A stretch of DNA of 63,854 nucleotides, counting the filler. It is 16 parts of 16 records of this genome, joined end to end, with 100 filler letters (N's around TTAATTAATTAA, not from the genome) between each part and the next. Parts side by side here need not be neighbours in the genome. Positions count along the whole stretch, not along the records: positions 56,308 to 60,426 come from SRR7504441_19573; positions 60,527 to 63,854 come from SRR7504441_19575; 14 more parts are not named here. One strand, written 5' to 3'. A program made the position numbers and the translations under genes. Numbering within the stretch: the stretch's first letter is position 1; the number at the start of each line of letters is the position of its first letter. Under the pieces are notes generated by a model. That model did no database searches. It worked only from the letters and a program-made list of their open reading frames with translations, and was not told where the DNA came from. This document shows, piece by piece, positions 56,665-63,854 of this stretch.

Positions 56665-58436
56665 ATGGCTCAGCCTGTACCGGTACGAGTGCTGGCTGTG
56701 CTGGCCAGCGTACTCGGCCTGGTCGAGCCCAAGACGGTGTCTGTGCGGGACGATTCAGTGTACCCGGGCCAGTTCTCGTACCTCACCAAGTTCTGCTTCG
56801 CCAAGGCTTCCCGGGCCGGCTGGGCCCCCGGCTGAGCAGCCGGGCGCAGGGCAAGGGCCAGGTCAAATTTAGCTTCTCGGAGTCTGTGCTGGACGGCAAG
56901 CACCACCTGGTGCTGTACATGGACCAGGCTCCACCTCCGCCCCGCGCTGCCGCCATCCCGGGCATCCAGGTGTGGCCCGAGGCACTGCGGGCCAGCCAGT
57001 GTGAAGAGAAGCTCAACATCGGGGGCAAGAAGGCGGTCAGAGTGAGCCTGCCCCCCCCGAGTGGCACCTGGACGGCGGGCAGATCAAGCTTGACGGGAAC
57101 GCGGAAGAGACGGATGGGTACTCCACGATGCGATTCATGAAGCCTCAGACGCACTCGATCGTGCAACACGCCCGGCCACATTACTGGTACGCAGTACTGG
57201 TGACCCGCCGCCAGTGGCCACTCGGCCGCCTGAGCGGGACCAGGTCAACTGCGAAGCCACTGGGGAGGCGCATGACCCCGTGCACTACGATCTTGAGTTC
57301 TTAAACGATGATTCACACTTTTCAGCAGGTGGGCGTGTCGGCGCGGCTATCTGATCACAGCCTGCAGATGACGTGGGCGTGACGTTCACCTTTATGGTGT
57401 TCGTCGGGCTCAATGCGGTCGGCGTGTTCATTGTGAAGCGGCTCCAGTATCACTACAAGTAAGCGGGCGCGCCTCTTCGGAACTGATCAGTCTCTCCAGG
57501 CGTCGCAAGCCGTTCTTTCACCCGGTGATATGTGTGCTAGCGGTCGCGCTGGCGATGCAGTACCCATCGCTGCTATTTCAACTGCTGCACAGACTATCGT
57601 ACAGCTGGAATGGCGTTGGGCTCCCGATGGTGCATTTGCTGGGCAGGTTCCTTCACGAGATAGCCAAAACGGTCAGCAGTCCCGGACAAGCCTGGGCAGT
57701 ACCGGCGGCAGGTGCTGCTGTGCCTTTTCATCGTGATCTCGCAAGGCTGGACTATCAGCACCGACGAGATTCCGAGCGCCCCTGTGCTGGCGAGTGGCTG
57801 TGCTGCCGCACACTCAGTAGTTTGCAGGTGCCGGTGGCTGCCTCGTGCCTGTTATTCGAGCTGACAAGCCTCGCTGTGGAGTCCTGGTACCATGATAGCC
57901 ACGACTCATACTCCACCGCCAAGGAGGGCGGGCTCGGGTGCGCGCTGCCCGTGTGCGGCCCGAGCTTGCCCCAGGCTGGCTTTCATCCTGCTGCAGCTGA
58001 CGTACTTCTGGTTCTTCCTCAGGGGCGCCAAGCGGTGCCTGACTCGCGGGGTTGGCTGATCCCGGCCGGCAGATGCATCCGTGTAGTCGAGGAGCAGCAA
58101 CTGACTAAGCGGCGTGCCTTCTTCTTGGCGTTCACGTTTTGCTGTTCTATCTGGTGTGCCAGCTTGCTGTGCTCACATTGACTGAGGCTGGCCCAAGGAT
58201 ACTAGCTGAGCCACTAGTTGTGCTACTCATGCCAATGTTCTCGAGCCACCGCCGCTACCAAATCACCATATGCACGTCTATTGCGATCCAGGTCCGAGCA
58301 GCCTAATTTGGCGCCAATCTGCGTGTCTTTCCAGATGACGGCTCTCGGGCTGCTCTCCCGGCTCTTCTTGTGGCGCTCGCTATACTTTGAAGTGTCGAGC
58401 ATGTCGGACTCATTCCTCGGCGGGCGGCACGGATAG
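56665..58436 (+). CDS. GPR180/TMEM145-like (GOST family) seven-transmembrane protein, multi-exon
   Basis: Signal peptide; YLTKFCF, HYWYAVL.NC, YDLEFLN..SHFSADD.G, LH..SYS.NGVG, SQGWTIS, LF....YFEVS. Confidence 0.8.
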
Positions 58437-58872
58437 TTTAAACCCGATTTGGCCAGGCTTTCTGGCGTAATTATTATCATAAATGTATCGATTATCTCAA
58501 TACCAATTGAATTCTAATTGAACTCTTCGATCTAATTCGATCATGCACCATCTATATACTATACTTACTAAGTTCTTGCACCATACTTGTACCCTGCACG
58601 CCGCGGAAAGAGGCGAAATGAAAGCGAAGACATCTTTACCCAAGAAGTTCAGATTCCGTCATCTTTTTCAGAAAGGAGAGACGGGAGAGATCCTTTCATG
58701 CAAAATTCTGACATCTGTTTCCATAAAATTCTGACATCTTCCCCCCAAAATTTTGATGTGCGTTCTGTGAATCAGAAGTCATCATGGATCTATAGCTCCA
58801 TGATCGAGTAACGCTGGTCTGTTGAACTGATCGTGCTTTAGCTGTCGGGCAACTTGCTTTGTTGCGCGGCAG

Positions 58873-60399
58873 CTAAAGCTCGGACAGTTCGTCGGAGTGT
58901 GTGCTTGGTGTGTGCACAGCACAACAGAGGCCAACCCTGTCGTTGTCCATTTGGCCCACCATCGACCAAGTGTTCAGCTCTGGATCGTAACACTCTATAG
59001 TTCGACAGGCAATCCCATTCCAGCCACCCAACACGTAAATTTTGTCCTCGCAGCAGACTGCAGCTGCGCTGGACCGCTCAACAGCCATAGGTGCCACCTC
59101 CTCCCACGCGTCCTCAGCTGAGTTGTACCTCTCTACAGAGCTCATGTACCGGCCATCGAACCCGCCAATCGCATAGACCATCCCCCGACACTCAGTCACA
59201 GCCAAGTATGCCCGCCGATTGTTGAGTGGCGCCACTGGGAGCCACTGATTGCTCTGGGCGCTGTATACTTCCACAGTGGCGCGGCATCGTCCGGAGAATC
59301 CGCCAACAACGTACAAGTTATCACCCACTGAGGCACACCCCATCCCACACCGGCCCACGAGAATCGGACTGACTGGTCGCCACGAGTCAAACTTGGACGA
59401 GTATCGCTCCACTGACGTCAGATAGTTGTTGCCGTCGTCGCGGCCACCCACTGCGTAGATTTGACCATCGAGGACAGCCGCACCAAATTGTGAGCGGCGC
59501 TGGGCCATCGAGGCCATCTTGGCCCAGTGATCGGCGCCCTGCGCGTGGAGGGAGCTGATGCCGGGCTCGTACCTCTCGACTGAGGACAGGCACTCGCCAT
59601 TCCAGCCACCAAGCGCGTAGACCAACCCATCGAGGAGCACTGCTGACGAGCTGGCCCGCGGCACGGAGGTGGATGCAATGGGCACGCAACCAGGGTCCGA
59701 GGGAAAGAACAATTCGGCTGTGCCCTCAGTGCCCTGGCCGCCAACCATGAAGATAGCTGGGATCCGGTTCAGGTGATCCAGACCCCCCTCGCCCGCTGGC
59801 TGCCCGTCCTTGTCGAGCTGGCCCCCAGAGCCAGTCTTCTTGGCTTGCTTGGCCTTCCAGGCATCAATCTCAGCCAGCGCGGCATTGGTGTGATCAGCTG
59901 CAACAGGGCTGTCTTCAGCTGCAGCAGGACTATCTTGATCTGCACCAGGCCCTGCCAAGGTAGCGTCCGAAGCACGAGCCACTGAGGCTGACTGTGCCAA
60001 GGGAGAAGGCTCATTGTCGACAGCGTGCTCCGTCTCCAACCCTACTGGGCGTGCCTGCTCTGGCTGTCGCTCGGGCAGCCCAGCCTTCACAGGGCTCAAG
60101 GCTGGTTGCATGTCCGAACTAGAGACGGTCGAAACTCCTTGAGCCAATCCGACTCCCGACAGGTCAATGTTGACGGGCTCGGGCTTCTTCGGAGCGATCG
60201 ACACGTTGTTCATCCAAGCCAGCAGCGACTCTTTGCGTTCCTCGGGTACGGAGGCGGTTGGGTCGGCCAGTTTGAGCTGCATCTTGTCCAGGCAGAGCTC
60301 AACCAGCGCACTGAACTCCTCTAGGCAGAGCGAGGTGAGGTTCTCATCAGCAACTGCAGAGGTGTTGACTTCGGCAAAGCAGCGCCGGAGTGCAGCCAT
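58873..60399 (-). CDS. Kelch-like protein with about 6 Kelch repeats and no evident BTB domain, intronless
   Basis: Repeated YA(L/V/I)GG....SVERY....W...M..RR. Confidence 0.9.
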   Translation of the reverse strand: MAALRRCFAEVNTSAVADENLTSLCLEEFSALVELCLDKMQLKLADPTASVPEERKESLLAWMNNVSIAPKKPEPVNIDLSGVGLAQGVSTVSSSDMQPALSPVKAGLPERQPEQARPVGLETEHAVDNEPSPLAQSASVARASDATLAGPGADQDSPAAAEDSPVAADHTNAALAEIDAWKAKQAKKTGSGGQLDKDGQPAGEGGLDHLNRIPAIFMVGGQGTEGTAELFFPSDPGCVPIASTSVPRASSSAVLLDGLVYALGGWNGECLSSVERYEPGISSLHAQGADHWAKMASMAQRRSQFGAAVLDGQIYAVGGRDDGNNYLTSVERYSSKFDSWRPVSPILVGRCGMGCASVGDNLYVVGGFSGRCRATVEVYSAQSNQWLPVAPLNNRRAYLAVTECRGMVYAIGGFDGRYMSSVERYNSAEDAWEEVAPMAVERSSAAAVCCEDKIYVLGGWNGIACRTIECYDPELNTWSMVGQMDNDRVGLCCAVHTPSTHSDELSEL

Positions 60400-60526
60400 G
60401 TTGGAGAAAATAAAGGGCACCAAACCNNNNNNNNNNNNNNNNNNNNNNNNNNNNNNNNNNNNNNNNNNNNTTAATTAATTAANNNNNNNNNNNNNNNNNN
60501 NNNNNNNNNNNNNNNNNNNNNNNNNN

Positions 60527-62324
60527 TACGGCGCCGCCGGCCCTTTTGGCCCCGGAGCTCGGCGCGCGGATTCCGCTCCGCAAACCGGCTGCGGACGGAT
60601 TCCGCATTCTCAGCTTGACCAGTCTGACCAAAGCGCAACGGAAATCGTGGTTGTGGTCGGTGAACCACGGAAGAGGCATGAAGGATCCACCCCTGGTGCG
60701 CGGGCTGTATTCGGACCCGCCCTGGGCCACCGCGCTCCCAGCCGCGCTCCCGCCGCCGCCCCCGGCCCTCAGGCGCTATTTGGAGGCCGTGCTGAGCCTG
60801 GGCCCGGCCCCGGCTGCCGCCCAGCTGCTTGGCAAGCGCACGCTGGTGCCCCCGGACTCGATCCAACGGTTTATGAGCGGCGAGTCGCACCGGGCGCTGG
60901 CAGCCGAGGAGCCGGCTGTGGACCAGTTCGTGGCCGGCTTATTCGAGAGGTTGGCGGCCACTTCGCCGGTTTCAGTCGAGTGCGCCGGCCCAGCGGGCGG
61001 GGCGAGCCGGGGGTAGGCTGGCGGGGCACGACCTGTACCACGGGCACCTATTTGCGGTGCCCGGGGCAAAGGATCTCGGGATTTTGTTCCACGCCAAGGA
61101 GTTTCCCACAGACTACCGGACCAGCCGCTATGGCCAGACCTACCCGGTGGGGCACCAGGCCATGGGCGGTGAGCTGGACGTCCGGATCGGATCCAATTCA
61201 GCCACGAGCGACTGCGACTACCGGCTCCGCAACTGTGTGCCGGCTCAGGGAAGGGGCTCACGGGGTGGCCAGATGTGTGGCTCATGAGCTGCAACCGAAT
61301 ATGGCTCATCGACCCGGCCGGTGAGCTTTTCGAGCGAACCTGGGTACCGTGCACCGGTATGCTGCCCGCCTGGCCCGGGTTGAGTCCGGCTGCAGAGTTC
61401 TGGACCTTGTCAGTGGACCAACTGAGCCCACTCAACCTTGGGGATCTCAACTACTTCCCGGCGCTGCCCGCAGGCCCGACCGTCTTCTGGAGCCTAAGGC
61501 AGAGCTTCAACCCATGCCTGCTGGCAGGTCAGGCGCTCCAGGTTGGTGGGCTGGCCGCGCTCGAGGACCGGGTGGACGGGATGAGCTTGCCACAGCTGCA
61601 GCAGCTCCACGAAGCAATCAGCGGCACGGCCGTCGGCGCTGCGCTGCTGCAGGCCCAACTAGGGCAGGATGGATGCGAGCGGGCGGCGCCACTGGTTGAG
61701 CAGGCGCTGGCCCGGCGGCGGAGCGAGCTGGAGGCGGCGAATGTGAAGGAGCTGGGCAAGCTGGAGGGTGCGGTCCCGCGGGAGTTGGCGGAGCAGCTGC
61801 TGGTGGCCACTCAGGCAAGCAACGGGTCGTGGTCCGAGTGGCGAGCCTCAAACCTGCTCCAGGTGGTTAGTGGGGCACACAGGCAGCCGTCGCTGGCTGC
61901 CAAGTTTGGAGTGGAGGACCGGCCGCTCGAGCTGGCCTCCAGCTGTCTCAAGATAGCGTTCTACCCAGAAAGTACCCTGGAGGCCATCGAGCTGCACCAC
62001 AGCCAGCCGGAGCTGTCGGTGGAGGCGGCGGCCCAGGCTGTGGTCCAGAGGAAGGAGCAGCTGACCAGGGCGCTGTTTGCAGCTCAGGGCGGTGCCAGCC
62101 AAGTGCAGCGGGAGGCGGAGGCTGCAGCAAGTGAGCTTGCGGATCGTGGCGGGCAAGAGTGCGGGGTGCTGGTGGCCGAGCTGGCACGCGTAGTGGCGGA
62201 GGTGCGCGGTGCTCAAGCGACCAGCGAGCAGATAGCTCTGGCCGAAGAGGGACATGCAAGGGCAAGGGCCATTGCAGATCGGGTGAAACAGATAGCTGCG
62301 GAGTTCATGAAATGCAAAATATGA
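60527..62324 (+). CDS. Hypothetical protein (spliced, 5' uncertain)
   Basis: ORFs 60546, 61057 and 61275 join via short GT-AG introns (DLGILFHAKEFP; DYRLRN-YVWL), with a helical C-terminus. Confidence 0.6.
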
Positions 62325-62551
62325 TACTGTACTTACTATGTGCGGCTGTAGTGCGGCTGTAATTAATGAGATGAGACTAGTTATAAATTTTCAAGAACAC
62401 TCCGTCACTCCGAATACACTCCGAAAGCATACCGAAAGCACTAATGGTAACACTTTGAAAAACGCTACACTGCATTACTTAATTAGCTTCTCGCGGCCTA
62501 AGAACGCAGATCAGGCTACATACCTACATACGCTCACGGGGCCACGGCTCA

Positions 62552-63684
62552 CTAAGCTTTGCGGCAAATTTCGGAGTGGACCGTTTTCATCGTCATCCAC
62601 GAGTGCGTGTTGTGCAGTGTGAGCACAAGCGAGCCTTGCTCGGGCACCCTGCACTCAGACTCAGCCGCAGCAGCCCGGGCAACGGCACCGGTACTCGTCC
62701 GCAAAGAGCTTACCGCGCTTGAGCTCAAACACTGGCAGCGTCTGACCCGACACCCCGCTACGGAGATGCACGGAGAAGCCTGCCCCCTGTGGGCGCCAGG
62801 ATGGGCTCAGACAAACCTATGTCAAAATGCGCAACACTGATCTTCCACACAATGCAGTGGCCGGCCTCCACAGGGATGGTTATTGTCCTAGTCGCCCCGG
62901 CGTTTACATTGAGAGTTGTCTTGGCTGGCCCTTTACTCAGCAGCACGACTATCGGCACCCGACTCACAAGGCGGCCCTAGCGTGGGCTCATCTGCGCGCG
63001 GCGAGACGGGGCTGGAGGCCGAGCTGGGCGACCGGTCGGCCACGCTGGGCTCGCCGTCCGTCCGGAGCACAAACTGACCTAGAGGGTTGCGGGCTACGTC
63101 TTTGCAGGGCATCACAGCCCCGTTCATAGCTGCACCACCCGGTCATCCCCCGGCCCGGGCTACCCGATAGACCTATGTACACCCCGGGCGCCGCCAAATT
63201 GAGCGCGCCCACCGCGCAGCCCACGTTGAATGCAGCGTCCGACCCGCTGCGCCCCGGCTCCCGCCCGGCCAGCCCGGCAGGCACCGTATCTTTGCTGGCT
63301 TGAACGCGCCTGTGAACACCACCACCAGCCGCAGCTCGGCGCAGTCAATCCGCTCGGCAATGAAGGTGGCGGTCTGGATCATGGTGTCGGTCCCGTGAGT
63401 GACCAGCAATCGGGTGCCCGGCGCGGCCTCCGCCACCATTTTAAGCACTCCGGCCCGGTCCTGCTGGGTGATCTCCGAGCTGTCCTTCCGGCACGCTGGA
63501 GCCGGGTCGCACCGGCGGGCCGGGCGGGCGCACCAGGCACTAGTTGGACGTTGAAGCTCGGGCAGCCGGCCCGGAGGATTTTGAGCGCGGCCGCCTCTCC
63601 GATGGCGAACTGGTCGGCCTCTGAGTCCGGGAGGATGTCCTTGTCGATGGTTCCGCCGGTCTGCACCACCAGCACCGAGTCCAT
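62552..63684 (-). CDS. Short-chain class 1 L-asparaginase domain fused to a C-terminal GOLD domain, 6 introns
   Basis: TGGTIDKD, KDS, THGTDTM, FTGA, SDAAFNVG, VYIAMNG. Intron 62931-62967 joins in frame to GOLD motifs (IVWK, DIGFSV, LVLTLHNTHSW..KTV). Stop TAG at 62552-62554. Confidence 0.82.
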
Positions 63685-63854
63685 GGCACCGCCCACACCC
63701 GCCCAGCACTGCGCGCCTCCTGTAGCTGCCACGACGTGCCGAGGGCTACAGCACCGAAGGTATAGTCTAGGCTTCTGGGACTTCTCGGCAAACAAAAAAT
63801 GTTCGGGCAAAGCAGAATTATTATTTGGCCCTTCCTCCGGGCCGACGCTCCTAA

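Overview
This window is not one locus. It is 16 short contigs (about 3-5 kb each) joined by artificial 100-nt spacers (N44-TTAATTAATTAA-N44), so adjacency across spacers carries no information. The DNA is GC-rich, gene-dense nuclear sequence from a unicellular eukaryote. The secreted hydrolases suggest a phagotroph, but the lineage cannot be named from the sequence alone. The standard genetic code fits every gene model I built by hand. Many genes are split by very short (mostly 36-49 nt) spliceosomal introns with weak donors, frequent GC-AG ends and no polypyrimidine tract, while other genes have no introns. Divergent gene pairs are often only 50-90 bp apart and usually contain a YAACGG motif. 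Recognisable genes include CUL3, CSN6, NOP53, a DUS1-like gene, DNAJC8, a P4-ATPase, an alpha-arrestin, a bestrophin, a GPR180/TMEM145-like protein, a GH2 mannosidase, Kelch and ankyrin proteins, and tRNA-Phe. The most striking items are: (1) a cAMP-receptor-like GPCR spliced in frame to an inositol 5-phosphatase, whose introns carry two repeat families, one introner-like with a 13-nt target-site-like duplication; (2) a stand-alone ABC ATPase with an internal transmembrane hairpin and altered Q- and H-loops; (3) a short-chain asparaginase-GOLD fusion; (4) prokaryote-type catabolic genes (solute-binding protein, Asp/Glu racemase, tandem PHB depolymerase, secreted sialic acid lyase); (5) a tRNA-Phe with a C1:C72 mismatch. 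All exon/intron models are manual and need RNA-seq confirmation.
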